Of a stretch of 64,000 nucleotides of DNA, positions 1 through 13,879 are shown piece after piece. Within the stretch, counting starts at the first letter, position 1; each line of letters begins with the position of its first letter. Origin of the DNA: Plasmodiophora brassicae (lineage: Eukaryota); NCBI GenBank assembly GCA_036867785.1, contig CP145421.1:682001-746000 (forward strand), written 5' to 3'. Both the position numbers and the translations under genes were made by a program. The notes under the pieces were generated by a model. That model made no database searches. It was given only the letters and a program-made list of their open reading frames with translations, and was not told the DNA's origin.

Positions 1-575
1 GTCCCCGACGACCATCGTCGTGTGCAGGATTGATTGCGTAGAAGCGATTGCTTTTGCTTGATGGCGACATACTGGTCCAATGCTGTTAACGTTACGGGCT
101 CCTAGCAAGTATATCCTCACGTAACGTCGTCAGATGACATGAGAGCCAGCCCTTCGACGTTTTCTTGAACAATTTCAAGTCGCCGACTTCGTATTCACCA
201 AGGGCTTGATACAACGCGTTCCGTGGTTGGATGCTTACGTACGGTTTCACCGTCGCGCCAAGGCTAAGGTGGTACAACGCGGTACTGTTGACTCTATCGT
301 CGTCTTCGCTTCCCGTACGTTTGTCATGATCGTCGAGGACCTCATTGGCGGTTGATCCCCGGAGCCGGACGACACCGTCGCGGGTCCAACACCTGGCAAG
401 CTGAAAGCGCTGACCGCAGGCCGACGTATGGAGTTTTGTGGCCATCAGGAACAATCCGAGATCCTCACCAGTCACCCTCCACGAAGTGACGTCGCGATAC
501 TTGGACCCAGGGGTGACAATTGACGCACGAATTGCCAGACCAATACTATATGCCGGGCTACAATACGGTCAAGGG

Positions 576-1605
576 TCATCCGAAGGCGTGGCTTGGCTCG
601 AGACGGCACTTTGCTGGAACCTCCTGAGTGAATGTCGTCCAACACGTCTGGAAGTACCGGCCCTGGGGCGAATAGTCCTGGACTTCGGTGCGGCCAACCC
701 ATTCTCCTGTGTACTTCCTCGGCAGCGGGAACGGGCGCGTATCCGATTCGAACTTGCCACAGTGGAAGCTATCGTGCACGATGCTATCCTCGACCACGAA
801 CGGCCACAGTACGTCTCCTAGCCAGGTCTCCTCCTTGCATGCGTCTGTGTCACCATTGTCCTGTGATCTGCAACGGCTGAGAAACTTGTCAATACTGGAC
901 GGGACGTCAACCACGTCGCGAACGCTTGGCGCGTATGCACCCCAGGTGCCCTGTGTGAACATGAAGTTGCAGTGGGGCGTATGCAGATCGAGGTTACCGA
1001 TGGGATTGGGTATGCATGCTGTACAGGATGGTCCCGCATGATGTGGAACGTCCTGTTCGACATCATCCAGGCGTGGATCGCCGCAATCTCCCGGTCCGAG
1101 ATCCTGGTCGAGCACGCTCGCATGACGGCGAACTCGACGGCCGGATCGGCCAGCGCCAACGTTCGCCAGAATCGCTGCGAGTCGCCCGTCCATTTCGCGG
1201 AGGCATTATCGTCACGCAGACGAACAACGTCTCCACCCGCCTGTCGGATTTCGTCGGCGGTGCTGTCGGGGAACGACTCGCCGACGTAGAAACGCGATCG
1301 CCACCCAACGAGATACAGCGGCACGCTTTTGGCGTTCTCGATCGCACCGATTACTTCGGCCGGTTCGGTGCTGAGCAGCGCGAAGGACACGACCTTGGTC
1401 GCTGCGTCGAATCCAGGCCGCTTCCAGAACGGGACCGTCCTGTGCGGCCATCAGTGTCGGGGACGACGCCGCTGACCGCAATCACGGCAGACCGGTCGAC
1501 GGTCCGCGTCGGACCCGACAGCGTCCCGGATCGGGTCGCCCAGACCGCCAGCAGAACCACGACCTGGAGCGCCACCCACACCGCCAGCAGGTCGCTGCGA
1601 CGCAT
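576..1605 (-). CDS. Putative type II membrane glycosyltransferase-like protein (multi-exon)
   Basis: N-terminal hydrophobic anchor (MRRSDLLAVWVALQVVVLLAVWA). Motifs ISDREIAAIHAWMMSNRTFHIMRDHP, GTWG and LWPFV..HDSFHC..PFP, spread over ORFs 1351-1647, 818-1390 and 576-1193, recall an uncharacterised GT-like family. Confidence 0.5.
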
Positions 1606-1876
1606 CCGCCGCTGCGCCGTCTGCCCCGGCAACGAATGTGACGGCATGCACCACCGCAGGGCACGGCAAACCGTGGGGCACCACTGCCGACCCCCATACT
1701 ACCTATCGACTTGCGCCGCCGTTTCACAATGCGCAGTGCAGTTTTCTCCGACTGGCTATGCCATCGGGGGGCATCACACCAGTCGCCAGTCATCACCTGT
1801 CTCTGGCCCGCTGGACTTGACTGCAGTAGCGTCATTTTTGTTTGGGGTGTGCGGCGGCGACGTCGGGGGGATCGGG

Positions 1877-2320
1877 ATGGTCGTCGCCACGACCGTGTAC
1901 CGGCTGACGGCGCAGCGCGACCGCATGTACCAGGCGTTCCGGTTCGGCAGCGTCTTTCAAGTGTTTGCCACGGGTGCGTGTGCGATGGCGCTGCCAGTGG
2001 AGCTGGCGCCGGCGGGCCATTTGACGATGCTGGCGGTGTCCGGTGTCGCGGCTGTCGCTGTGCGATCGTTCACGAGGCGTTGCGTCCGGGAGATGGCTGT
2101 TGACGATGCAGGCCGGGTGACGATCACGTGCGTTGGCGAGCGTGTGACCGCAAGTTGCACGGATCGACAACTGGCGCAGGCGCTGCCGTACCATCTGGAC
2201 AGATCAGTCCCGTACCTAGCGCTGAAGCTTCGTAATCTTAAGCGTCCACTGTACATTGATATCGGCAACGACGTTCTTCGGGGCGACCGGCTTGAAGAGA
2301 TTGCCAAGCGACCCGTTTAG
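1877..2320 (+). CDS. Small two-TM membrane protein (possibly TMEM70/TMEM186-like)
   Basis: ORF from ATG 1877 with two hydrophobic segments followed by a beta-rich C-terminus. Family assignment is tentative. Confidence 0.4.
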   Translation: MVVATTVYRLTAQRDRMYQAFRFGSVFQVFATGACAMALPVELAPAGHLTMLAVSGVAAVAVRSFTRRCVREMAVDDAGRVTITCVGERVTASCTDRQLAQALPYHLDRSVPYLALKLRNLKRPLYIDIGNDVLRGDRLEEIAKRPV

Positions 2321-2515
2321 TACTGTATACACACACGGTGATAACCTATCAACATTCTCAACTATAAGACCGCATTCGTGGCTCTAGATATTGTCTACGG
2401 GCGGGGGTCATGCACTCGGGTCGACTCGTCCCGTCGATCGAAATATCCCAAGCCGATCGCTGCATAGGTTCATTCGTTTGGGTCGCTGGGCAACACGGTC
2501 GAGGAGGGCGGCGTC

Positions 2516-3494
2516 ATGGCTACTGTCCTGCAGACGCATCTCAAAGCGGAGAAGGTGCCCTCTCCCCGGAAGCTGCTGACGCGCCACCTAACCTGTGTTT
2601 GGTGCAAAGGAACGATTGGCGAACCCACGTCGAGAACTGTACCTGAAGACCGTTGGCAAGGGCGGTGCGAGCTCGTCATTGGCACAGCCCAAGAAGCAGG
2701 ACAAGGGCAAGGGTCCGCCGCGCTGTGGGGCGATGAAGGTCCATCCGAACAAGGAGATCACTCAGTTCCGCCGGTTCTATGACCGCGGAGACCTGCCGAT
2801 TCGCGTGTCGTTTGCTGGTGCAACGCGTCGCGTCCAGTGGAAAGCTGACATCGCCAAGCTGGACTTTCACCATTACCTGCCCATCTTCGTGGACGGCCTT
2901 CGGGAGAAGACGGAACCATATCGGTTCCTGGCGTTTGCGGGAACGAAGGATTTGCTCGCCAACGGTGGTGATCGAATCCTGCCTGTAATCCCCCAGATCA
3001 TTATTCCCATTAAGAGTATGTGAATGTGCGGGCTTGGGCGTCTCTTGGTACTGAAAGGCTGCTGCAGCGGCCCTGAACACACGTGATCCAGAGATCATCT
3101 GCCCGCTGCTGCAGGTTCTACAACAACTGGTTCAATCGGGAGACATGATCGGCGAAGCGCTTGTCCCGTACTACAGGCAGATTCTTCCCGTGTTCAACCT
3201 CTTCAAGAATAAGAATGGTAACGTGATCGGTTTGGCATGTCTGAGATCCAGGATTGATGTGTACTGTTGTTTAGTGAATAACGGTGATGCAATTGATTAC
3301 GGACAGCGAAAGCGGGACAACCTCGGCGACCTGATAGAGGAGACGCTAGAGCTATTCGAGATTAACGGCGGCGACGATGCTTTCATCAACATCAAGTATA
3401 TGATTCCGGTACCCATGCACAATCTGAGGTCTGCCCAATGCGGATGGTTGACAGAGATTGCGTGCAGACCTACGAGAGCCATGTCCTGAACTGA
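2516..3494 (+). CDS. PACRG: Parkin co-regulated gene protein (axonemal), multi-exon
   Basis: [77 protein letters not shown]. Confidence 0.95.
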
Positions 3495-3627
3495 GCCGCC
3501 AGGGATCATCATACAGCTCCGACTGCACAAAGTGCGGTTATACACCATTCCTACATCAGTGTATTGAACCTCGCTCGTAGTCCATCAATATCGGTTAATT
3601 TACATAGTTAAAAGCAACGAGATACTG

Positions 3628-6600
3628 TCATTCCGACCGTTGTAACTCAGCCAGCGTTGCAAGCATGGCGTCGAGTTCCGTCTTGAACTGTAGGATCTGC
3701 GCGTTCTTCTCCTTGATGATCGCTTCATACTTCTGGGAAGACTGAGAAGACTGCGCCGCTTGCTGTTCCTGGAGGGTCTGCATCGCAGAATGCAAAACCT
3801 GTTCCCGCTGAGCATGGCGGGCTTCGATCTCAGCAAGTTTCGCTTCGAGAACTGACAGTTGGACATGGCTTGGCATTGAACGTAGGCTGACGAACAATTG
3901 TTAAATGTTACAATGAGTGGTTCCACGTGATTACCGGGAGAGCTCGTATTGAGTCTCAATCAGGGATTCTCGTAATGACTGCTTCTCTCTATTGGCGATC
4001 TCCAACTGCGACTGTAAAGACGCTATCAGCTGCATCACCTCGATTCAGTGTTAGAAAATTATGAATTCAACATATAACTGACATGGGACGAAGCTGTCGT
4101 GTCTAACGATTTCGTTGCGTTGACGGTCAAAGTTTCAATCTGCCTGCGAAGTTCTTCCAGTTGGCTGCTGTGCGCCTGGCTCATTGCTTCAATCTACAAC
4201 CTCCTATTTAGTACGTGCGCAACCGTCAATATTGACACTTCCCGTACAACTGTGTCATAGTCCTTGTCAGTGGCAGCACGCCCGCCAGTAGCCAACGGCT
4301 GGCTCTCCAGGGTCCGTATATGTTGACGATAATTCTGCATTTCCTTGTCAGCCGCCTGAACAACGATCACTAATGATATAATAGCACCGTTGACCCCCGT
4401 AAGGATACCTCCAATTTAGAGCGCAGTGCAGTTATTGTTTGCATGGCTTCGTTCAACTGAGACCGTAGCATTGGAGATTCACCTTCATCATCAGCGTTGC
4501 TTCTTGTGGATCGCGAGATTGCCTTGTCGCCACCTGGTCGCGATGGCTGCTGAATAACAACAGCGCCTTTGCGACGGTAGGTCTCCCGCATCTCCTCAAT
4601 TTGCGCTTCCAGTTCTTGTATTCTGCTGTTCGGACGGTCGCGATCTCGTTTGTCGGCTGTAAGCTCGGCGATACGTTCGTCATACTGCATCCGCATCTTG
4701 TCGTACCTAGAAAAGGCGGTCACACACTCGTAGAACAAAGGCATCAGAAATGTAAATACTCAAGGCGAAGGCTTCTAATCCTCGACAGGTACTCGTCATC
4801 TTTTGCAACCAGTTCTGCTTGAAGGTCGGTGACTTGCTTCTTGAGCGCTTCGACTTGGCTAGCAGACGGTTTTATGCTCTTGACAAGGGCGTTCACTGGA
4901 CCGTGCCGCGATTGTAGCCCAGCAATCTACAAATTGGAACTCAATAATGGTCACGGTTCGTCCAGTAGACGTACTTGAGCCTCGAGTTCTCGAATTTTCT
5001 TCTCGTACTTTGCTGATGAGGGAGCAGGTGCGGGTTTCGGCTTCGAACGGTTCTGGGCGCTCTGATTCTGTAACACCTCAATCCGTTGCTGTAAATTTCG
5101 AATCGTCTCGGACTTCGCCCGGCTTTCATTCTCCACCTCGTCGATCACCGTCTGGTTTTTAATATACCAGGCCAGTTTCTGACAGGCAAAAGGTGAGCGC
5201 AATCCACAGGGACAGTTTCGTACAACAAACCTCTTTCAACTCATTAACTTCTTTGGCATGCGATTCTGACATTTGCTGGATCTGCGGAACATTAACCCCA
5301 GCGAGGATCCCATAGCATACGCCACCAGACCTTCATTCTGAGTTCGATGTCTCCTTCGTGGTGTTTCCGTGGGGAAATGGGGTCGTAATTGTCCAGCTTG
5401 TACTCAAGCTCGTGCTGAACTTTGCGCTGCTTTTCCAACTGGTACTGAAGCTCTTTGATTTTGCCCTCAGATTCATGTCTGACTTGCACTAGAGCCTGCT
5501 TCAGTCGCCGAATTTCATCTAGAGCAGCTTCGTCGGCAGTGACGAACTTCGAACCCCGCAGCTCTTGTATCTGTTCAATCGTCGTGACCAACAGATACTA
5601 CAGATCCACTCCCAACTGCCAAACCTCAGACTTTGCAGCATCCAGTTCGGATTTTAGCGCCTTGTTTCGGCTAAGCATCTGCTGCGTCGTTCCTTTCATA
5701 GCAATCTGCTCGCCTCGAAGAGACGCGCACAGCTTCGCGTTCTCCTCATTGAGCGCGGAAATGATATTTTCCATGGTCCGCATCTCCTCACGGATTGCTG
5801 TATCACACAGGCGGTTTAGCACAGCGCAGATAATCACCTCTGTATAACAAACCGTCAAGATGGCGAGCTTCAATCACAGGAGATGACGCATCAGGAGAAA
5901 GCATGGCAAACCTATCGCGAAACGTCCCATTGGCGCTAACGGATAGCTCTTTGAGCTTCGCTTCCAACAAGAACTTTTCACGCTCCAGTTCGTTTACGCG
6001 TTCCTGTTACCATGTTAGCGAGGGGAACCAACACCACTATGTTGAAAATGACAACCTGTTGGGTTTGAGCAACCGCATCCTGGGGATGGCCCACTTGCCG
6101 CGTCACGCCATCACATGAATCCCTCGCTCTGCTTCCTTTCCGAGATCGCACCTTGTCTTTCAGACCCTTAAGAGCTTGCAACGGAGGGTGCTTCAATTGT
6201 TTCGTTTCCATATTCACTTTCGGTTCATCAGTGCCGCCATGCACTGCTCTGGTTGCGGTCGCTGCTGCAGGAGACTTAAGGAGGGCACCCTGAAATTCGC
6301 CGATCTCTGTATGCGGAAGACGTTCACTTTCTCCATTGGAAGGCGTTTGGTGTCCCGTCTCAGGCGACGACGAGTCAGAGCTTGCTGCTCGATGACTGTC
6401 TTCTCGTGACGACGAGAGATCAGCATTTGCCTCTTCTTCACAGCCTAGCGGCTGGGCAACTGGTTCGCGCATGGGCTCTTGTCTAGGCTCCGAAGGCTCA
6501 GTTGTAGTAGTTGACTTTGCAGCGAGAGGCTTTCGATCGGCAGTGTTGTCATTACTCGTGCTCGTGTTTTGCGTAAACAGTTCAGGTCCAATCTTAGCCG

Positions 6601-8050
6601 AATTCGACGCGGCGCTTGCTGATGTGGAACCCGGCCCGGTCAACAATGCCATCCCATTACTAGGCATAGACGGCATTGAAAAGACTGCAGATGGATCATG
6701 CACGTTTGCCGGGGCGGTAGCGATACCAGCAATAACAGGACGTGACAATTCAGTTGGCGTGGCAGTCACCTGATACATTAGACCGGACGGTGGTGCGGCG
6801 GGAGCGTTGCTTTGGGCGTCTTCAGAATTTGAAACCAAGGCGGTGGATGTAACTGGGTTCGAAGGTTCCACAGCAGCGGGTCCAGGAGTTGGTTCAGAAG
6901 ACGAAGCCGTTGGAACATGGTTGCTATTCGCTTTCGAAGAGAGCAGACTTGGAGTGGACAGATCGGTGAGCGATGGTGCAGGAAGACTGACCTGCACCAT
7001 CGGAACCTGTGAACTTGTTGTGGAGGCAGTTGAGCTTGAAGGCTCCAGAGCATGAGCCTCAGAGGCAGGTTTGGCAGGCGGAGAGATCATCGAGCTAGGG
7101 TTGATCGCCACTGAGGGACGGTAAAGGCTTTCCAGCGCAGGGATGGCAACGACCGGAATACGTGCAGGTTCCGGATTCGTTTCTGGGATTGTCGGGGTCG
7201 GAGCGGGCCGAGTCGCATCATCACCGCCAGGGTGCTCAGTTCCGGCCGGTGCCGTAGACGACGCCTGGTGGGATTTCATTTCTGCAAGCGATTCAAGAAA
7301 CGACTTTGACCGAGACAGCGTTCTCGTTGGCGGCTCTAATATTTCAATGGCTGTAGGTTTCGCTTCTTCTGAAACACCATTCCCAGTCAACAAATGAAAC
7401 ATGAACGACGTACAATCATTCACCGGTGATCAGCGTCCCCGGTTCCGAATCAACTGTTTCGAACGGGTCGTCTCCTGTAAAAGGCGAACGTTAGGAAATC
7501 CCGGCATGCAGTATGGAGGGACGACAAACCGTAGTCGATCTCAGCATTGTCCTCATCGTCATCAAAGTCGACGAGTTTGTCGGGCACGCTGGGCCAGCAC
7601 TGAGCTAGCGCTATCCACACAGACAAATGACGACGGACCTGCTCTTGGGCGGAGGAGAAACCGATACGGCAGGTGGGGACTTTGCCCTGGATGCGGTCTT
7701 GAACGCAGCCAGAAGCGATGCTGCCGACGGTGCGGATCTGCCCTTCGACGTTTCTTCCTGGTGCAACATTACGCTCTTAGCCGCTGCCTGACCACCACAC
7801 TGGTTCGCGTCACCTCGTCCGATGAGAACGTAATGTCGTCAATGTCGATGTCCTTGATTTCGACACGGGGCCGACCGCTCCGTCTCCCGTGCGACGCCGC
7901 TGCCATTGCTCAAAACAACCGTCACGACGCGTATTTCGTCACGCAGTCAAGTCAGCCAGCATCATCAGCCCAGGAGGCCTAATCGCTGTCTAATTGGGAA
8001 TGCTGCATACGATACAGGGCACAGTGGACCACGATGCACGATCATGGCTC
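3628..8050 (-). CDS. CEP162: Large coiled-coil centriolar protein, CEP162/QN1-like, with a long Ser/Pro/Ala low-complexity exon (5978-7423)
   Basis: C-terminus EKNAQILQFKTELDAMLATLAELQ and KLAWYIKNQTVID resemble conserved CEP162 blocks. Many coiled-coil exons; the 5' boundary is uncertain. Confidence 0.6.
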
Positions 8051-8659
8051 CATCCCTGCCAAACGCAGTCTCATCGCTTCGAGCGCCGATACGAACGCGG
8101 GCATGCCGTGCATACCAGAGTTTGACCTGCTCATCGCAGAGGTCGCGCCCGCGAACGGAGGTGATTAATCCGTCAGGCTCGCCGATGCAGCCTTTGTTGC
8201 ATGAGCGAACATTATATGTACAGTATGAAATATCGTGGATCTGGAGCGTTGTGGTGCGGGCGGAGCGGCCTTAAGGGGCATATTATCGTCACGGTGCGAG
8301 GGATCTTGGAGGCCCACCAAACGATGTGATTGACGTACATTTCGTTTCTTCACTGTGTTGCCCAGATCTGTGTACCCAGGCTAGGTTTTGACAGCGCAGT
8401 GAAGATGAGAAATGTACGTCGATCTCAACGTATGGTGTGCTTGAAATGCACTACAGGACCTTCGAGGTCTGTTGCCTGCCGCGCCGCCGTCGTCTCCAAG
8501 TGCGTCTCCGTTGGTCGTCCATTGTACAATATTTAGGGCGTCGTGTCATTGCAAGGTATACGCATGCACTAAACTCCGTTTCAGTAATGAGCCTGAACGA
8601 CGACCGGTACGACGATGTTCGTCGCTGGTTGGCCAATCCCAGTAACTTTGTCTCTTACC

Positions 8660-9130
8660 CTATTTTCGGTTCGCCCCAGATTGGTTGACGCGATGATGCG
8701 GGAGGTCGTGTTGAAGTCCAATTTTCTGGAAGAATATTAGGAAAGACGTGCACGGTGTTGACGTTAAGACAAGGCACATGTTTCGGCATCTAGCGGGTGA
8801 GACGTGGCTGTCTGACGCTGTCATGAACAGCGTCACAGAGGTACTGCTGGCCAACGAAATGGCACGACTGCGGACATAATCGTGACGACTTGTTCGAAAT
8901 TCAGGAACACGACGCGCTGGGGTCGTCTTACATGTTTGTTCTACTGGTAGCGTTCGAAAATCGCCACAGCGACCAGGTTCGTGCGAGCAAACGACAACGG
9001 GTTGGTCAGAAGTAAGTATGACGCGGTACTCGTCCCTTCCGTTGTTATCGTTGCGGACGACAATCCATGACAATACGACTGGTGTTAGCGCGGTCACCGT
9101 CACGACTGTAAGAAGCATCGTTCCGTACAA
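8660..9130 (-). CDS. Hypothetical secreted Cys-containing protein (probably spliced, 3' end uncertain)
   Basis: Signal-peptide-like N-terminus (MLLTVVTVTALTPVVLSW) and several cysteines. Confidence 0.4.
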   Translation of the reverse strand: MYGTMLLTVVTVTALTPVVLSWIVVRNDNNGRDEYRVILTSDQPVVVCSHEPGRCGDFRTLPVEQTCKTTPARRVPEFRTSRHDYVRSRAISLASSTSVTLFMTASDSHVSPARCRNMCLVLTSTPCTSFLIFFQKIGLQHDLPHHRVNQSGANRK

Positions 9131-9632
9131 TGGTACACTCGATCAATCGAAAGAAGTACCCAGCATTTGGGTGCGAGTCAAATCATGTAGAGCACCGGAG
9201 CAGATACAAAGACAAGCAGGCCGCCTCCAAGTGAGTTTTGACTCTCGGTTAAAATAGGTTAGAGGGACAGATAGAGGAACCTTCGGTCCATGGCGATTTG
9301 TCGTGTACGACAATCAAGGCTTCAATTCGTCACAATGAGATGTCTGTCAAGGGATGCATGCCGCCCCTACCCACCTGGTGGCATATTTCAACAGTTTAAC
9401 AGCCACAAGCATTTCAGCCGGTTTTCGCTAGAATGAACGTTGGCGAGCATAGTTCAAACGTTCGCGCCCATTTGGAGATCATTACAAAGTAAACGCCGGA
9501 CAGTAGGGCGCCATCACAAGATTCTGCTGCAAAAACGTTCATGTGTAGCTGCAAGTTGTCGCGACGGTTGTTTTCACTCCCAGAGCGACCCCGTTTTGCC
9601 GATCGCATGCCTGTCGCTCGTCTAATGTCTCC

Positions 9633-12600
9633 ATGACGGAAACGATTCGCGGCAGAATCTGGTGCAGAACTGAACCGGATCTGAATGCGGGTGGGGATAG
9701 GATACAGACGACATCGTCGGTCTGGGCTGTTAACGCGGCAAGGACCGTGCTGGCCAGAGTTCTAGACGGGAACCGGATCGAGATTGTTGACCATGGGAAG
9801 CTTCAAACGGTTTGGGCGGTGTCGAAAGTGAAGTCTCATACAGTGTCGGTCAGACCTGTTTTTATTGCATCGATCGACTAACGTCCGACACAGCTCTCTT
9901 ATCACGTCCGTCTCTGTTGTGGATACGGGGGCTTCTTGGCGCTGTTTGATCGGAGACAGCGAAGGGCTGCTGGCCTGCTTCAGTCAGGTAACGCAGAATG
10001 CTCTGCATTGATTTCCTTTCGACATCTGACGAGTCGAGTTTATAGACCCGCGAGCTGCTGTTTTCTTATGTACTTCATCGCGAGCCTGTTCTTGCTATTT
10101 CAACCCAACGTAACTTTCGTTCACCGATCCAGTTAAGGTGCTGGAAGCCCCCCAATGATCCGATCCTGAGATGGAACTACTTTACACAGGTCAGCGAAGG
10201 ACCTTTTGATTCGATACGAAAGCGTGATCGTCATTTTGGATGGATTCTCTTTCGAATATGTTTGCACGTCGCGTGACGAGGCACACACCACGTTGCAGTA
10301 CCTGAAGTTTCGAATCAAGCACCAGACAACGCTGGGTGGAGCTGTCGTTTGCGGTTCGTTACGTCACTCCCCACGATGCGTTTTACTTAGTACTGTATCG
10401 GCAACAGATCCGACAGCAGCGCACGGTCATTGCCATGACGTATCTAACGACGGTCTTAATTGCTTTCATCTCCTTACCGTGGGAGGTCAGGCAGTTTTCT
10501 CGTTTCGTATTTCTTAATCTGACATGTAACTAGCACCGTTGATGCTGGCGTACAGCGTTTGTCCCAACGAGCCTTCTTCTTCGGAGATTGTTACGACGGC
10601 AGTAAAACTCGGGGTGGACGTGGCGAAGAAGGTTGCATCAGCGTTCTTCTCCTTCGGGCGAACGATGCTTATTGCAGATGACGACCACGCGGTCGCACCG
10701 AACTCACCAGCGCGTGGTGGCGCAAGCAATTCAGCCACCAGGTCTTCATCTCTATCGAGTAGCGATCTATCTTCTGAACCAGAACTGTCGGGGAGTATCA
10801 CTGTGACTGCAGGACGACTCATTAGTGTATGTATTATGTCGATCAACGCACACCCCCTTTGCTGAAATAATCCGTTTGCGATAGCCAGAGACTGCAATAT
10901 CCGAGCCTCTGTCGACGGGGCACTCTCTAGTTTCAATCGCAGTCAGTCCATTCGAGAACGATCATCTTGCTGCCTGTTGCGATAATTTCGGAAGAATCAT
11001 GCTCTTGGATATGCGGCAGTATATCTTTGTTCGGATGTGGAAGGGGTGATGGGCTGTAATTGCGGTCGCTCTGGCTTCTGGATCTGACGTATGCACGGTT
11101 TCTCAAAGGTACCGAGATGCACAGGTGGCGTTCATGATGTCGGAAGAGGGTGGTAGCTCAAATGCCATACTCGTCATCTACATATCGTCCCGGGGACTGC
11201 TAGAACTATGGCAACTGCCTTATGGTCCACGGGTGTCTGCTGTAAACATCGGCCGGGGCCACTCACTCCGCCAATGCCAAACCGAATGCTTTGTCCTGAG
11301 TGCGTCTGGACATGTCGTCAGTGTCCAGCTCGATGTCAACTTTCGCTTGATCTATGGTGCTCTATCGCTTCGGAACGAAGATCGAAGTCCTATCGCGAAG
11401 CATATTGTAGGGCTTCTCAAGCGTGACCCTCAGGCTACAATGCAGCGCATCGTTGATGCGATGCACTGTGATTGGACGAACCTCCCCGCTGCAATGTCTG
11501 TATTTGAAGAGACGGCATTGCTCCGCGATACAGAACTTGATCGTACGATCCGCATCCTGAAGGCATATGCATCGTTCGTCGCTGCTGTAAATACGGACGA
11601 TAACGTTATTCCTTTCGCTGATGTTCATCGGATTGCGTTCCATCCGCGCGACCTGCTGGTCAACGCCGAACTCTGGACATCGTTGGCACGGTTTACGTTT
11701 GATCCTACCCTCTCTGGCGATGCGGAAATGGTCGGCGAGGTTGGGAAATTTCTCGTTGGTCTCGATCTCCCAACTGACATATCTGTCGGCCTGTTCTTTG
11801 ACTGGATATGGGACGTTGACTGTCCGACTTCTTCGGACGTCGCTTTGATAATGCCCAGACTATTTGACGTTTCAAACATTGATCCATATGCTCGCCGTCG
11901 TGTCCGAGAAACTACCGCTACTGGGCCAGCCTTTATTCTTGCGGAAGCCTTTGCCGCCTTGCTCTGTGACCAATGGTGGACCGATACTGTCCATCATCTT
12001 CTTCGCGTTCGCAGACTGCGAGAGATTCTATCCGACTCGTCAGCTGCTACCGAAAGGATATCCCTGCAGTGCCTGGAGTCGGACCGATTGTCTGTCTCGA
12101 AGGTGGTGGCTTTGGACCTGTGCTCTCGTCAGAATCACTGTAACGATATCGTTCGAGAAATTACTGGCTCATCCGGCAGAATGGTTGCTGATGTTCAGGA
12201 CGAGTTCCCTGATTGCGGGATAACTTCTGACAGTCTTCTCGTGTCATGTGCTTTGGTTATTTTCGACCTTCGTGGTAGTTTGGACGATTCCCTGTCTTTA
12301 CTTGGACAGGGACAGTCTTCCCGTCAACGCTCTGCTGCAGCAACCCAATTATGGGAGCGAGTTGGGCGCCCCGCCCTTGCAGGGTATTTCGAGGTGAGGC
12401 TGCGGCCGTTTTAGGTACCTGGACGACTGAAGTTTCCGTTCAGGACGGCAAAGCGTCTGAGGCTGCTGGCGCGGACGAAACGGTTGACGTCAAGTGGGGA
12501 TCCATTCTGCGCTTGCTTCGAATGATAGATTGCACATCTGAACCTGTAAACGAAGTTGCGGTATGCTGTACACATGTATCGATATCCACGTTTGTCGGGC

Positions 12601-13404
12601 TGATCATCGCGTCGATAGGTTACATGGCCCGCCAGTTGTTGGCAATCGGGTGTCTCGGGTGCAATTCTATCACCGGATGATGTGGAGTTGTATAGCCTGA
12701 TCTGCCGTTGTGCGTCAGTCGCTTCTCCGAATCTGGTCGATCTTCGTGATCTGTTCCCAGGCGTCGACGTTACCGCATCGCCTTCGTCGGCACCCTCTTG
12801 TCCCCTCGTGACGTCGCCCGTGAAGGCTGCTCGACGTGACTTCATTCTGCACCATTTGAGTCGCGCGAACTGCTCGGCCATCACCGAATCCGAATTGTTG
12901 GACCTCGCGCGCGACTTGTCAGTGTACGATGGCGTTATGCAGGCCCACATCAGTCACCTGATGAGCGAATCGCCTGCGAACGAACGCCTCCTTGACTATT
13001 TGACGTCGGGTCACTGTGTATACTCCCCGGCGCTTGCTGTACAGCTGGTCGATCGGGCACGTTTGCTCGTTGTCTGCATTGTTGCCGCTATCAGACAAGC
13101 TACACAGTCCAGGAGCAGGTTGGTGTGTTCGCTGACAGGAAGCCCCGCAATCGTCTGATTTCGTTCCCTCCTCGCCCAGGTCGGTCAGTACTCGAGCCAA
13201 CCGCATCCTGGCAGCACTCGATCGAAGCCTGACACAATGGCTCGAGGAAGATGTCACCAACTGTACGAGCCTTTCTGGGCAGCGCCGGTTTCGCACTCTG
13301 GCCAGCACGAGCGCGTTTGCCATCGAAGTCGAGCAGTTCGTCGCCGCAGTCGTCACATTCGTTTCCAATGCACCCGGTGATGGACATCTCAATGTTCAGC
13401 GTAT
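9633..13404 (+). CDS. RAB3GAP2: Rab3 GTPase-activating protein non-catalytic subunit, multi-exon
   Basis: DNFGRIMLLDM..FVRMWKG/YRDAQVAF (about 10980-11135) and LVIYISSRGLLELWQLPYGPRV are hallmark RAB3GAP2 N-terminal motifs. The 3' end is approximate. Confidence 0.8.
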
Positions 13405-13540
13405 AGAGCAAGCAACGCAGATTTCCCAGACGATTCAGAGAATCGCCGATGCAATCAAATGTACTAGATAGCCTGTCGTTTAACCTTATTGTTCCATTTG
13501 CAACCGGCACCGTGACGCCTACGCATATCGAAATTGTGCG

Positions 13541-13807
13541 ATGTGTGATCGGCGTGAAGACCTGGCGTCTCGATTGACAGAGGCGGACTGCTCGACAGTG
13601 TACAACAGTCTGCAAGGCAGGGGATTGCCGGCCTCTCGTCAGAAACTGCGGACTAAGCTCTCGTTCGCGTGTGCAGATTGCCTTGTTGTCAACGAGCGCG
13701 ATTGGACAGCGTGCCAAGTGCAGGTGAAGGCGTTCCGTGAATGCTTTGAAGCAGCCAAGAAAGCGGGTGTAAAGGTCGAACCTAAACATCAGCGGTCGAA
13801 CTTGTAG
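13541..13807 (+). CDS. Twin CX9C mitochondrial protein, COA4-like
   Basis: After removing a 60-nt intron (13617-13676) it reads CSTVYNSLQDC..ERDWTACQVQVKAFREC, giving two CX9C motifs and the DW..CQ..V.AF..C pattern. Confidence 0.7.
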   Translation: MCDRREDLASRLTEADCSTVYNSLQGRGLPASRQKLRTKLSFACADCLVVNERDWTACQVQVKAFRECFEAAKKAGVKVEPKHQRSNL

Positions 13808-13879
13808 GGCTATCCGTCTACAATACACAGCAGATTGTCGTCTGCGTACGATAGCGATCCAGTCTCACATGATCGCATT

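Noticed and set aside
92-821. ORFs 92-475 (-) and 438-821 (+)
   Set aside because: No recognisable motifs; the second is antisense to the GT-like gene and context is cut by the window edge.
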